From positions 15,202,464-15,266,463 of the forward strand of contig NC_043011.1 of assembly GCF_006345805.1 (NCBI RefSeq): DNA of 64,000 bases, in the 5' to 3' direction. Positions 34,724-49,316 of this stretch are shown one piece after another; position 1 is the stretch's first letter; each line of letters opens with the position of its first letter. The notes beneath the pieces were generated by a model. It made no database searches and was not told where the DNA came from. It worked only from the letters and a program-made list of their open reading frames with translations. Source of the stretch: Octopus sinensis (taxonomy: Eukaryota). The position numbers and the translations under genes were made by a program.

Positions 34724-35486
34724 GGCGGCGAGCTGGCAGAAACGTTAGCACACCGGGCGAAATGCGTAGCCGTATTTCGTCTGCCGTTACGTTCTGAGTT
34801 CAAATTCCGCCGAGGTCGACTTTGCCTTTCATCGTTTCGGGGTCGATAAATTAAGTACCAGTTACGCACTGGGGTCGATGTAATCGACTTAATCCGTTTG
34901 TCTGTCCTTGTTTGTCTCCTCTGTGTTTAGCCTCTTGTGGGTAGTAAAGAAATAGGTATTTCGTCTGCCGTTTCATTCTGAGTTCAAATTCCGCCGAGGT
35001 CGACTTTGATTTTCATCTTTTCGGGTCGATAAATTAAGTACCAGTTACGCACTGGGGTCGATGTAATCGACTTAATCCGTTTGTCTGTCCTTGTTTGTCC
35101 CCTCTGTGTTTAGCCCCTTGTGGGTAATATAGAAATAGGTATTTCGTCTGTCTTTACGTTCCGAGTTCAAATTCCGCCGAGGTCGACTTTGCCTTTCATC
35201 CTTTCGGGGTCGATTAAATAAGTACCAGTTACGCACAGGGGTCGATGTAATCGACTTAATCCGTTTGTCTGTCCTTGTTTGTCCCCTTGTGGGTAATATA
35301 GAAATAGGTATTTCGTCTGTCTCATGTTCTGAGTTCAAATTCCGCCGAGGTCGACTTTGCCTTTCATCCTTTCGGGGTCGATTAAATAAGTACCAGTTAC
35401 GCACAGGGGTCGATGTAATCGACTTAATCCGTTTGTCTGTCCTTGTTTGTCCCCCCTGTGTTTAACCCCTTGTGGGTAGTAAAGAA
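34724..35486 (+). mobile_element. SINE family A tetramer (one head, four bodies) with a probable 17-bp TSD
   Basis: Body junctions at 34957, 35140 and 35309; atgagtatttatctagt at 34695-34711 and 35487-35503. Confidence 0.9.
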
Positions 35487-36646
35487 ATGAGTATTTATCT
35501 AGTCAAAGATAAATGGGGAATTGAAATTCTCGCTCAAGTTTTAAATAGTTGCTTCTATCACACAGATACATAGGATATGTGTGTGTGTGTGTGTGTAATT
35601 TGTTTTGTTACTTTCTCACTGTTATATTGCTGAGGTAATGCACAACCTCATCTTTTCCTCTGCTTTATTTCTACCACTAAAGTTTCTTGGTCTGGCTCTT
35701 TTTATGTGCCATGTTTAAATCACGCTATGGTTAATTTTGCATTTCATCTCTTTAGCTGTCAATCATCGACTGCTTGCTTGACTCACTTTCAATACGTTTT
35801 GCCTTTGTGGATATGGAGTCAGAAACGTGCATGTGTGTAATTTTGATGGTATGTAAATAATTGAACATTTGCGTAAAGATATGTAATTTTAATGGTTTAA
35901 GAACGAGAAAAACGTAACACATTTCACCCAATATCAGCTAACTTTCGAAGATTAAAATGGAAACCCTCTGTATATCTTGTAAAAGTTATCTGAAGATAAA
36001 ACAAGACAGATTTCTATCTGCTTTCTTCCTGACGACAGATCCCCTGTGCACAAATTTATAGCTGTCATTTTTCAATAGAGATAACTACATTTGTTCGAAG
36101 CTCAGTAATATGATGGCTATTATGATGGAAGTTAAACTTGATCCAAAGATTTATGTCCACAGCTTTCAACGAACTCTCATGTCGTAGCTACTCTCATTTC
36201 CCATTTAGAGATAGATAAATGAAATTAAGCTGGATGTGATTAATTCAGATGTCTCTCTTTTCGATACTGTCGATATCTTTACTCCGGAGTACAATAAAAC
36301 TTTTAATATATTTCAAGAAGATATCATTCAGTTATTTATAGGACACATTTGGCTTCCGTTGCTGAGCCGTGAATTTACTCAATGTTGCCAAATACTTTAA
36401 TACAAATGCAGATAAGACAGTAAGTGTAAGACTAGCTTGATTCTACTTAACCTTCCCCATACCATAGATAGTTATTGAATTAAAATTTAGCATCACGCAT
36501 TCAATAGAATTAATGTAAAAATATTCAATTCAGTATCGATTACTGTAAAAGATGGGAACTGTACGAAATTCCATCATCTCTCTCTCTCCCACACCCTCCT
36601 CATCTCACTGCGCATGTGTGCACATTTGTGCGTGCGTGTACACACC

Positions 36647-36689
<43 letters not shown>

Positions 36690-37214
36690 GGAAAAACAGA
36701 GGTAAATTCCCACACAGGAAAGAATATCGAAGAGTTGGTTTGGGGGTCGAAAATGCACCTGAGTCTTAAAACGTTTTCTAGCTTTTAGATTTTGTAACAA
36801 ATTTATTGAAATACCAAACCGGTTTCAAAATTTTGTGTTTTTCAATGATTACTATAAAATGTCTGTGAGATATTGTAGGTACAAGGGAGAATTCGGAAAA
36901 ATATGCTTAAAAGATCACTGAATTCCAATATTCCTCATTAATTGTGGTTTCAACTTTTGGCACAAGGTCAGCAATTTCGGGCATGAGGAAGTGAGTATAT
37001 TACATCTACCCTAGTGCTTACCTGATACATATTTTATCGACCTCGAAAGAATGAAAGGCAAAGCTGTCTTCAGTGGATCTGAACTCAGGACGTAATGACG
37101 AACGAAATGCCTGATGTTAAGTTATATAATAAACTAAAGGATTACTGAATAATTATGTTTTGTAATTTCTTTTTACTTGGAGAAAGGTTGACAGAGACAG
37201 AAAGGGCATCTTTT

Positions 37215-37720
37215 ATCTTTTTCTTGTTTCAGTCATTAGACTGCGGCCATGCTGGAGCACCGCACTGAAGACTTTTCAGTCGAATGATCGGCCCGAGTAC
37301 TTGTTTTTGCAGCCTGGTACTTATTCCATTGATTTGTTTTACCTAAGCGCTAAGTGACGGGAACGAAAATACACCAAAACTAGTTGTCGAGTGGTTAGTG
37401 GGTGTCTAGCACAGACACAAAGGCACACACGCGCGCAGACACATACATACACACTCACACACACACACACAAACACACAAACGCACACACACATAATGTA
37501 TGGCGGTGTCTGTGCGTGCGTGCAGGTGTGTGTGTGTGTGTCTATGTTTGTCCCTACCCCTCATTGCTTGACAGCCGATGTTGGTTTGTTTACGTCCCCG
37601 TAAGCTAGCAGTTTGGCAAAAGAGGCTTTAAAAAAAATGTACAGGGGTTTGTTCATTCGATATATTTCCTAAAGGTGAAGCCTCAGCATGGCCGTAAACT
37701 AGTGACTGAAACAAGTAAAA
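37215..37720. mobile_element. Two SINE family B 3' halves in opposite orientation
   Basis: 37215-37400 (-) and about 37535-37720 (+) both match the family B tail. Confidence 0.65.
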
Positions 37721-37818
37721 GATAAATGATAAAACAAATAAACTAATGACTTATGTGATTGAGTAGAAATGTTTATTCTTCTACTTAGAATATATTCAAA
37801 GACAATATACAGGAAATA

Positions 37819-38417
37819 TATTTCTTTACTACCCACAAGGGGCTAAACACAGAGGGGACAAACAAGGACAGACAAACGGATTAAATCGATTACATCGACC
37901 CCAGTGCGTAACTGGTACTTAATTTATTGACCCCGAAAGGATGACAGGTAAAGTCGACCTCGGCGGAATTTGAACCCAGAACGTAACGGCAGACGAAATA
38001 CCTATTTCTTTACTACCCACAATGGGCTAAACAGAGAGGGGACAAACAAGGACTGACAAACAGATTAAGTCGATTACATCGACCCCAGTGCGCGACTGGT
38101 ACTTAATTTATCGACCCCGAAAGGATGACAGGCAAAGTCGACCTGCGCGGAATTTGAACTCAGAACGTAGCGGCAGACGAAATACCTATTTCTTTACTAC
38201 CCACAAGGGGCTAAACAGAGAGGGGACAAACAAGGACAGACAAAGGGATCAAGTCGATTATATCGACCCCAGTGCGTGACTGGTACTTAATTTATCGACC
38301 CCGAAAGGATGAAAGGCAAAGTCGACCTCGGCGGAATTTGAACTCAGAACGTAACGGCAGACGAAATACGGCTACGCATTTCGCCCGGCGTGCTAACGTT
38401 TCTGCCAGCTTGCCGCC
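37819..38417 (-). mobile_element. SINE family A trimer
   Basis: Three bodies joined at aaatacctatttc, single head; no TSD seen. Confidence 0.9.
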
Positions 38418-38904
38418 TAACGACTGAGTCAGCAGGACACTGAAGTGCCGAAGATAGGGTTGATGCGTCGTATTCTGTGAACAATGCTGGGTTACTCTAA
38501 AGACAAGTGTTTAATTCTCCATAGGTCTATACATCGATGTGTAGATGGTTTGTGTTCACTCAAGTTCTTGTGAACAGTGCGAGTACTGCTCAGCTACACA
38601 TTATTACATTCACATGTAGCATTGATTTCAACCCCCTGTGAAGGGGGATGGGTTGGGCAGACATAACGTGCACTAGCTATATTAAGTGGATATAAATTCG
38701 TCACTTAAGGTTCTGACCACCCAGTGAGTTTTTGAGAATCTCTATATATGATTATACTACCAAAATATTATCTCACCCCTCTCTCTCTCTCTCTTCTCAA
38801 TCTATCTATCTAATGCACAATATTTGGATTTATCTAAGTATGTATGGATGTGGTTGTGTCCATTTATTTACATGTGTGTGTGTGTATACCTTTTATCTTT
38901 TCTT

Positions 38905-38995
38905 TTTGTTGTTTTTACTAGTTTCAGACAGTGGCAGACAGCGAAGCTGGGGTACGACCCTGAGGAATTTTAATCGAAAGAACTCACCCTAGTAC

Positions 38996-39060
<65 letters not shown>

Positions 39061-39363
39061 GTTATTGTTATCATTATTTGAAGCATGATACTTATACTGT
39101 CAGTCTTTCTGCCGAAGCGGCTTAGTCGACGTAAACACACCAACACCATCGCGGGGAACAACCACAGACGCAAAAACACACATACGCAAGTATATATATA
39201 TGACAGACTTCTTTCAATTTCCGTCTACCAAATCCACTCACAAGCTCTTGGTTAACCCAAGGTTATAGTAGAAAACGTTGCCCAACGTGCCACACAGTAG
39301 GACTATTCCCAGAACCGTGTGATTGGGGAGCAAACTTACTACACACCACGCCTGCGACTCGTG

Positions 39364-39446
<83 letters not shown>

Positions 39447-39610
39447 TAAATTAGAGATAAAACCACTATTAGGCAAATCAAACAATGATTTTATCTCTAA
39501 TTTAATTTATATTTATACTGTGAAATTGGATTTAATCCTAAATCTAATTTTTCCCTGTAAGTTTGGATTTACTCCCTAATATTATTATTATTATATTATT
39601 ATTATTATTA

Positions 39611-39641
<31 letters not shown>

Positions 39642-39948
39642 GTTATTGTTATCATAATTTGAAGCATGATACTTATACTGTCAGTCTTTCTGCCGAAGCG
39701 GCTTAGTCGACGTAAACACACCAACACCACCGCGGGGAACAACCACAGACGCAAAAACACACATACGCAAGTATATATATATGACAGACTTCTTTCAATT
39801 TCCGTCTACCAAATCCACTCACAAGCTCTTGGTTAACCCAAGGTTATAGTAGAAAACGTTTGCCCAACGTGCCACACAGTACGACTATTCCCAGAACCGT
39901 GTGATTGGGGAGCAAACTTACTACACACCCACGCCTGCGACTCGTGTT

Positions 39949-39989
<41 letters not shown>

Positions 39990-40130
39990 AATTAAATTAG
40001 AGATAAAACCACTATTAGGCAAATCAAACAATGATTTTATCTCTAATTTAATTTATATTTATACTGTGAAATTGGATTTAATCCTAAATCTAATTTTTCC
40101 CTGTAAGTTTGGATTTACTCCTAATATTAT
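38905..40130 (-). repeat. SINE family B copy plus an approximately 550-580-bp tandem duplication of its 5' half and flank
   Basis: gaagcatgatactt at 39080 and 39661; near-identical downstream sequence. Confidence 0.8.
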
Positions 40131-40171
40131 TATTATTATTATTATTATTATATTATTATTATTACTATTAT

Positions 40172-40235
<64 letters not shown>

Positions 40236-40828
40236 GTATATATATACATATATATATTCATACATGCATACATATATAATACGTTCACACATGAAAAGTA
40301 CATTTTATCCAAAGTATTGTTATCAAATTAAAGGGAGTTTTATGAATTAAGTTGCTCTACCAACGACGAGGTTGAATTAGAAAGTGACATGATTAGATTT
40401 TTACAGGATTACTTACAGAAGTATATACTGTCATAATTCTTAACAAATGGAACATAATGGAACTGGTGATTCAGAACATCACACTTTGATATTTCAGGAG
40501 AGAAGAAACACAAACATTATTTTCTATACATTCATAGAACTATTTGAGAAATTGCTTTTCCTCTTTGATTCATTCATACTGTGTTTTATCAGCAGTTTCT
40601 GGCGTTTCTTTACGTTCCAAGCCGAGGTGCTCTAATCGTAAGGATAAAAAAAAAATAAAAAATAGCGGAAAGAATATAACTGCATCAACAAGAAAAACAA
40701 TGGTAACTACAAGAACAACATCAAGAAGTACATTTACCAAAAAAAAAAAAAAAAGATTAAAACGAAAGAAAAGACTTGCATAATTGGAAAAGCAGAAAAC
40801 AAAACAAGACATATTGAGAGCAGTGGGT

Positions 40829-40890
<62 letters not shown>

Positions 40891-40903
40891 CTCTCGCCTA
40901 ATC

Positions 40904-40944
<41 letters not shown>

Positions 40945-41493
40945 GTGTGAGAACGTATTGGCACAGTATTGTGTTAGAGCAATTTTAATTTCATGACATG
41001 TAGAATAAATATTTTATCTATAATACTGTAAAGATAAAAAAGAAGAAATATTTAAACGCTATTTTTCTTCTCTCTTCTTTATCCGTGGCTTTGAGTTTAT
41101 TTTCATTGACTAACCACTAAATTTTTCACTGTGTATATTTACTCACGCCCATTATACGCTGAAGATTATCAGAAGCAATAGATAGAAGTTAAGGAAGTAA
41201 AAAGCATATAAAATTTAGTAATTGGCAAAACTTCATTTCAATGTATGGTATATTCTGAGTTTCGAAATACAAACATTTTTAAAAAGAATTCTATTCAGAA
41301 GTTTGCACATATTTTTGAATATCCATGTTAGCTTATCTTATATAGATATGTGCATAAAAGCATGTAGGTTCGTTTTTTCCCCCCTTTCCCATTCTCTTTC
41401 AGTGTCTCAGCAAACATATTTATGAAACGATTGTATGCATCCATAAACTTCTCACCCTGTCTTACTCTCTTTCCTCTGTATATATAATATTAT

Positions 41494-41596
<103 letters not shown>

Positions 41597-41934
41597 TATA
41601 TATTACATATATGTATATATACATATATGTATATATATATATATACATATAATATATATATGCATGTATATATATGTATATATATATATACATATATACA
41701 TATATATATGTATATATATATATAATGTATGTTTGTGTGTATATATATGTATATACATAGTGAGTTAAAATTTGTCCTCTATACTATGACATATTTGGTA
41801 AAGGGGATGTTGTGACATTGATTCTGTGCCCAATCTTAAGCCAACATATCCTCGCACGTACGCAACGTATACATGTATAGAAGCTGAAAGATAGACGTGA
41901 TTTCAGTTATTCCTACAATAACCAGACTCTATGG

Positions 41935-41948
41935 TGGTAGTAGTAGTA

Positions 41949-41998
<50 letters not shown>

Positions 41999-42300
41999 TT
42001 AGTAGTAGTAGTTGTTGTAGTAGTTGTAGTGGGGGGGGTGTGGTGGTACTGATGGTAGTAATAGTTGTAGTAGTGTTGATGTTGGTGGGGGTGGTAGTTG
42101 TAGTTGTAGTGCTGGTAGTAGTAGAAATAGGTGGTGATAGTGGTAGTGGCGGTGGTGGTGGTGGTGGAACAGGAGGACAGCAGAAGGAGGACTAGTGCGG
42201 GACTAAGGCGCCGTTTGTGACGGAGGTAGTGGATGTTGCAGTTGCCATTGTTGTGGTTGAGGTTGTAGTGGTGGTGGTGGTGATAGTGATGGTGGGCTTT
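41935..42300. repeat. (GTA/GGT)n trinucleotide array
   Basis: Directly visible. Confidence 0.85.
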
Positions 42301-42678
42301 TGCTAGTCATCTTAATGTTGACAGACTCCGTTGCTGGTGTGTGTCGTCGTCTTCGTCGTCGTTATCTTTAGACCAGTGATTTATTATCAATCTTCCATCA
42401 TGGCTGCTGGTATTTGGACAGAATTTCATAATCTGTTTACGACACGGCAGCCTCAATGACGTCACCCACTGATGTTGCTACTCCTGCTGCTGCTGCTGCT
42501 GATTATTATTATTATTATTAATATTATTGAACAGAGAATCGATATGGCGATTCTAAGAATTCTGAACTTATTCCTTCTTTAACTTTCAATCTTCTTAACC
42601 TAAAACGATTCATTCATATCAAAACTAATCATGTATCTCTGTAATGTTTTTTATGTATTAATGTATTAGGTATTAATT

Positions 42679-42729
<51 letters not shown>

Positions 42730-43234
42730 CATACATACATACATACACATATATATATGTGTATGTATGTATGTAATATTATATATAATAAATATAAATA
42801 TGTATGTATGTATATATATATGTATATATATGTGTATCTATGTATAGATGCACAGATATACATCCATATACATACAAATATAATCATATTTGTGTGTATA
42901 TATATATATATATATATAAATATACACCACACACAAATATGATTATATATATATATATATAAATATGTATATGTATGTATGTATATATATGTATTTATAT
43001 GTATATATATGTGTATCTATGTATAGATGCACAGATATAAATCATATAACACAAAATATATCGTATTTGTGAGTGTGTATATATATTTATATATATATAT
43101 ATATATATATCTATATTTTCATAAAATACACACCACACACCACACCCACACCCACACACACACAACACATATATATATATATATATATATAATATATAGA
43201 TATAATATTATAGAAGTAATTGGTCGTTCAATGA

Positions 43235-45115
43235 CTCACAATGATCTGTGGTCAGGATGAAAGTACTTCTCACTGTGAGGTATAGAAAGATTTCATTTAA
43301 TTACTTCCATAAATTCTTCCTCCTCGGTCATCCTGTATTGAGTTCTTAGTTGAGTGGTAGTAGCGGAAACCAACTCACGGTTAGATATACAAACACACAC
43401 ATACACACACCACACACACGCACACTCATATATAATATGTATGTATGTGATTGTATATATGTGGGGGAGGTAACAACTTGGGACCAATTTGAATTCAGCA
43501 CCAGTTCAAGGAAAATCGTCTGCACTTTGCGGCCAACGGAAGGCCTCCCAGTCAATCTCAGGGAAATTGAAGTCCCCCGCATATATACACATATGTGGCT
43601 GTTTTCATGGCAGCCGCCTGAGGATATCAAAAAGCTGTGTCAGTCTTGGCGATAATTTGAGGACGGTAAACGATTCCGAGCAGAAGTGTTGACATGGTCA
43701 TGTGTATATTGCAGAAAAATACCTCCTGCTGAGATTGGTTCAATCATCACAGGGGATTGCCGATAGACTTGATCGAACATAAATCATCACACCCCTCCAC
43801 GCCGATTCAAATGCGGTCTTTGCGGAACAGTTTGTAGCCGGCTATGCTGAAAACTCCATCACAGAGTGCAGAGTGTGCCCACGTTTCCGTGACTGTGATG
43901 AAATCTGGGTTGAAATAATTTTGACGTAGGAGACAAAAAGATGCCCTTGTTGCATAAAGTACGGGCATTCATGGACACAGTTATATCTGGATTTCAGATG
44001 ATGATATACAGGGGATGGCTGATTGTTCTTGGTTAGTTTCCCAAGATTTTTGCATTGCCAGTTGTTGTTGGGGTGTAGTCTGCTCAGTCCAACTGGCATC
44101 CCTTATCCACGACTCACCAGACTTGACAAATTTCCAGATCTGCCCATCATCGCGGAGGCTAAAACTCTCCCGTGCGATTTTGGGAAGCCACGGATCTTAG
44201 CTTTGGGCGTACATCGGGTGGTAGGCCAGGACGTGTTCTAAAGTTGATAATGTTGTCACGCCAAGCTCTGTCAGCAGCCAGATGGAATGCCCGCGCCTCA
44301 GTAAAGCCCGTAAACAACAGCCTGATCAGCCTGGGTTTGGATCTCGGTCGGCCAAGGCGGGAAGCACTTTTTGGAGGGACACAGCTGAGATCCCTAGCTG
44401 TATTTCCAATGAATGCCTGCAGATCTGCCACATCTTCCGGCACTCCGATGGCTATTAATTCATGAGTGGCCGGCTCAGCAACTCCCTCGATACGTTGAGG
44501 TTCTGTACGAGCTACAGGTAAGTTGCTGAGCAGGGCACTCCTATATGACCCTTCGCTGCGAGTTTTTGGACAGACACTGGTTCTGAGTCCTGCTACTTCA
44601 CGACTCAGAGCAGAAATCATTCGTCTAATTTCTGCAACTTCTGTGCTGATGGTCGATCTCTGTTTTAGGAGGGCATGGTGTTTTTTGTTCCTGCTGATGT
44701 ACTTCAGCTGGAATGATTAATTTTTGTTGTCCAAGAGCAATAGGGGAGGAAGACATTTAAGTTTCTGTTTTTGTTGTTCTTCAACATGAATGGCCGATTT
44801 TTGTTGCTGCTGTTGAAGAGTGACAGGGGAGGAAGACACGGGTGGATTCAGTTTTTGCTGTTGTTCTTTATCAACAGGACTGGTTTTGGGAGACAAAATA
44901 GTCGTTTTTTGCTGTTCAGTAGCAATGGCAGCGGAAGACACGATTGTCGGGTTTTGTTGTTGCTGTTCAGCAGCAATGGTGGCAGGGGACACACAAGTCA
45001 CCACACAAGTCAGGCAATGAAACGACCAGTTTGGTAGCTGGACCATTTCCCAGAGTTTATCCATCATAGAAGTATGGTGTCCTTTCTTTTGACCTGGGAT
45101 CTTCTGAAAGTTTGT
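43235..45115 (-). pseudogene. CR1-clade LINE 5' remnant: ORF1 (PHD-like Cys pattern, RLGRPRSKPRLIRLLF) and ORF2 endonuclease start, degenerate
   Basis: Minus-strand frames give CFQC..WSFHCLTC; RLGRP..PRLIRLLF; SMNART; TVTETW; GYKLFRKDR; GGV; GIVYRP; CGDFNFPEIDW; VVTSPT. Multiple frameshifts and a microsatellite insertion at about 43385-43455. Confidence 0.78.
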
Positions 45116-45659
45116 GGCACATTGAAAGCAGATCGAAACACGACAGTTAAACGACATATATATATATGTGATAGATTGTTAGCCACTATACACATTTTTT
45201 TCTCTCCTTGCTTTTCTCCTTGTTTTTTCTGTGTCCCTTTCTGCAGAAGAGCGTAGGCTCGAAGCGTAAAAGACTTTTTCTATTCATGAGCGTTATACTA
45301 ATACATCTGTTTGTTTTGTACACCACCTGTCTTCGTCTTTTGTTTCATTTTTACTCAATCGCATATGGTAGAATCTACATACATCTTTGTTCAGTTAAGT
45401 GTATGTGTAGGAATAGTTACGATTATCTAAAATTTCAAAGTCATTTGAATAACGTGTTTGCGTAGATGTGTTTTCTCAGTGAAATGCAATGCAGTATCAT
45501 GTCAACTGGTATTGTATTTCGACGTAGACTCTTTAGACCAACATTAATTAAATGGCTACTAGTCGTATTTTCGTTTATGTGGGTATGATCCGTTGCTTGC
45601 TTTGGTTCGTTTGGCCTAAAATACTTAACATTATAAGCCTTACTGCCTGACTGAGCAAC

Positions 45660-45770
45660 GTGAAGTAAAGTGTCTTGCTCAAGAAGACAACACGCAGCCC
45701 GGTCCGGGACTCGAACTCACAACCTCACGATCGTAAGCTCGACGCTCTAACCACTGAGCCATGCGCCTTC
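45660..45770 (-). mobile_element. SINE family D head fragment
   Basis: Reverse complement of about 27980-28090. Confidence 0.7.
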
Positions 45771-46139
45771 GCGAAATTAATGAATGAATGTAAATACAGT
45801 TACGTATATTATTATAACTAATGAAATATTTCGCGTAATGTTAAACATTGTTTGGTATGTGTCACGGTGCCTTATTTTGTGCTCGCTTCCCTCTGACTTT
45901 AGAACCTGCTTACACCTCTGTGTGTATGTGCATGTGTGTGTGAGTGTGTGTGTGCATGTGTGCGCGCGCGTGCGTAAACCCTGTCAGACTTTGTAATTTC
46001 GAAAGAATATCTATGGAGTAACATTATGGGTTTTCCTTTCATTGTCACATATTACATGTGATTTTCAGCGAAATACTTAGTCACGTGCAATATATTTTTT
46101 CTTGATGATAACCTATCAAATATATTTATTACCGTCTGC

Positions 46140-47050
46140 TGTCATGAATATTCATTTTGTCTCTAGATCACTGAAGGTAGTCCTAATATTTTAATTGTTT
46201 GTGTAGAGAACTTCTTCAAGCACATAGTCCTTCCTCCATACAGTGCACAGTTTTTGATTCTTTTATAATGCACGCGTATTTATGACCTGCTCAACTCATG
46301 ATGAAGAGAGCATCACCAGATATAAGATTTAATAACTCCAAAACTCTAATATCATTCAATCTCTCTTAGAAGTTAGAACAAAATGTCCATCTAATAAATC
46401 TATTCAACAAAAGAGATTAAAATCATGTTCCAATACATATTCTAGTCGTTTTTATACATCATTCAGAATATAATGAAATTTCTGAATTTTCTTTCCTATT
46501 CAGTCAAGGTTTGCAATCTTAGTTCCAAGACTTTTCGATATCCTGGAATGTACCTTTATTTTAGGAACCATGAAAGACTTTCCAGGATACGATTCATAAA
46601 GAACAAGGGTTATCAAGATTTATTGAGAGGTTTAACTTGAGGATAATCAATGAAACTTTATTTATTAGGGTTTGAAGATCTTTTCATTGTGTGAAGATAT
46701 TAGAGTCTTCAGCGCATAAGCAATAGTGCTAAATGAATGATAAAACCTAAATAGCACATGAAATAGTAACTATTATATTGACTGTTTTACATCATTAGTA
46801 ATTGAAAGGGATATGAGCATTGTTCACATATGCTTTCCTATCATCATGAAAGCCTTTCATAATATTTTGAAAATTTATTGTGATAGCTGACTTCTCGCAG
46901 AATTGGCCACAATGTTCTGCTTTAATGACTTCAAGGAAACATTTAGTAAGGTCAAGTTTCTGCTCAATATATATTTCTTATAGTTAATGAAATGGAAATA
47001 TTATGATTGCTTCTTCATCATGTGCATAAACTTCACTGAGACAGCGAAAG
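46140..47050 (-). pseudogene. Possible highly decayed hAT-like transposase
   Basis: Frameshifted remnant resembling CERSFS..IKNIRTTFSD near 46170-46240; otherwise weak. Confidence 0.25.
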
Positions 47051-47376
47051 AAAAAATACGACAACGTGTGGAATCAGCATATTAAAATAATTCTATTCAA
47101 TATTTTCCCCAGTACACCGAAGAGATAAATACTCCGAGAATCACCGCATGTAATCTTTGCGTGTTTAGCAACGCATCTCTTCAATCTTGAGGCACTGAGT
47201 TGCTTTCTTCGCAGATGAAAGCTGCGGAGGCAAATCAATATGGAGCCGACCGCTAGTGCAGATCTTCATGCTGGCAGCAAACATCGATGGATGGACGAAC
47301 CGATCGATTGATCGATCGATCCGTCCATCCATCTATCCATACATGCAAACATACATATGTATATATACGTATATTT

Positions 47377-47416
<40 letters not shown>

Positions 47417-47424
47417 ATACATGC

Positions 47425-47735
47425 GCAGGTGTGACTGTATGGTAAGTAGCTTGCTTACCAACCACATGGTTCCGGGTTCAGACCCACTGTGTGGCTCCTT
47501 GGGCAAGTGTCTTCTACTATAGCCTCGGGCTTTGTGAGTGGATTTGGTAGACAGACACTGAAAGAAGCCCGATATTTATATATATATATGTATGTATGTG
47601 CTGTGTGAGTGTGTGTGTGTGTACGTGTTTGTGTGTCTGTGTTTGCCCTCCCAACATCGCTTGATAACCGATGCTAGAGCGTTTATGATAGAATAAGTAC
47701 TAGGCTTACAAAGAATAAGTCCTGGGGTCGATTAT
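47425..47735 (+). mobile_element. SINE family B (internally deleted)
   Basis: Head gtatggtaagtagcttgcttaccaaccacatggttccggg. Confidence 0.8.
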
Positions 47736-47846
47736 TTCATAATTTTTTTGGGTGTGTGAAGACTTCGCTGAATACAGAGCAATCTGAGTTATTGAATATT
47801 CCATACGAAGCTGTAATCCTAATCTGTGCGTGGTTGCATGTATTAT

Positions 47847-47907
<61 letters not shown>

Positions 47908-48741
47908 TATACATATTAATTTGTCTGCACGGCTGATAATTCGCTTACCACTTGTGATGGTATGTTAATAATACCATCCCTATATATATATATTGGTGCT
48001 GGGGTGTTGGGGTGGTGTAAATACGCTCTCAGGTAGGTACTGATCGATTAGGTCTTGGAACTAGTGCATTCCAGCTACGACAATCCCAACATTTTTATAA
48101 ATGCAATTTACACCAGACTGCATCGTTTAATGAATGTTTTCTTTTTTCTCAAGGCAATACCTTAAGGGTTGAGGTGAAATTTAGTTATCATTTCTAGCTA
48201 AATTCATCACTATATATATAGAAGACCTTTAGTTGACTAGTTTTGTAAATAAATACATTAGTTGTGATAAAATGCTCTGAATATATGATTATACATAAGT
48301 AAAGTTGCAATGAATTGTTCGCTCTGCAATGGAGAGGTTTGTCAATACATTTATCTGTTTGGCTTGTCAAGATAAGCTCTATCAGAAAAGTCTGAAGAAC
48401 TTAACATACAAGTTAAAAGAAATCAAAGAAACATATATCCCTGAGTCGATCCTTTTCTCTACAAAATGGCTTTCTGCCATCGTAAAACTTAGTGATAAAT
48501 CATTGACATCAAGATAACGGATATACCAGCATCGTAGTCTGGAAACATCGACAAAGCTACCACCGTCAGCGCTTCTGTCTTCACCGTCTTCGTTGCGACC
48601 ATTAGTATTAACATCAGCAAAAGCATCTCTAACACTAGCACTACTACCGCCATGATTACCCCATCACCACTACGATCGCCACAGCCATCATAGCCATTAG
48701 CGTCCCCATTGCCAACATCTTTCCCTACCATCACCAGTAAA

Positions 48742-48776
<35 letters not shown>

Positions 48777-49082
48777 GGACATAATCGCCGTCGTGATCGT
48801 GGTGGTGCTAGTCGTGGCTGTGATCGTTATCGTCGTGGTCATCATCGACATCTTCCTCCTTACCAGAAGCAGCAGCAGCAGGGGCAGTAGCAACAGCGTT
48901 ACCTCAACTTAGTTCCCCACCATCATATACCACTAGCACTGACGCCACATCTAACACTACCAATACGACATCATTACCACAGCCGCCTCGTCAAACACTG
49001 CGACCACCGCTGACACTACCACCAATACAACACTCACTACACCGCCTCTATCATAAGCCTCACTACCACAATACCAAATACC

Positions 49083-49316
49083 TATTTCTTTACTACCCAC
49101 AAGGTGCTAAACACAGAGGGGACAAACAAGGACAGACAGACGGATTAAGTCGATTACACTGACCCCAGTGCGTAACTAGTACTTAATTTATCGACCCCGA
49201 AAGGATGAAAGGCAAAGTCGACCTCGGCGGAATTTGAACTCAGAACGTAACAGCAGACGAAATACTGCTGAGCATTTCGCCCGGCGTGCTAACGTTTCTG
49301 CCAGCTCGCCGCCTTG
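49083..49316 (-). mobile_element. SINE family A monomer with an 18-20-bp TSD, inside an (ACC/CAT)n array
   Basis: ctaccacaataccaaatacc at 49063-49082 and 49317-49336. Confidence 0.9.

Noticed and set aside
34724-35486. CRISPR-like regular repeats
   Set aside because: Units are contiguous SINE bodies of about 180 bp with no unique spacers, in eukaryotic context and with no cas genes.
48329-48517. Possible host exon (62-aa ORF); similarly 10971-11309 and 60597-60965
   Set aside because: No recognisable domain and no convincing splice-site pair.
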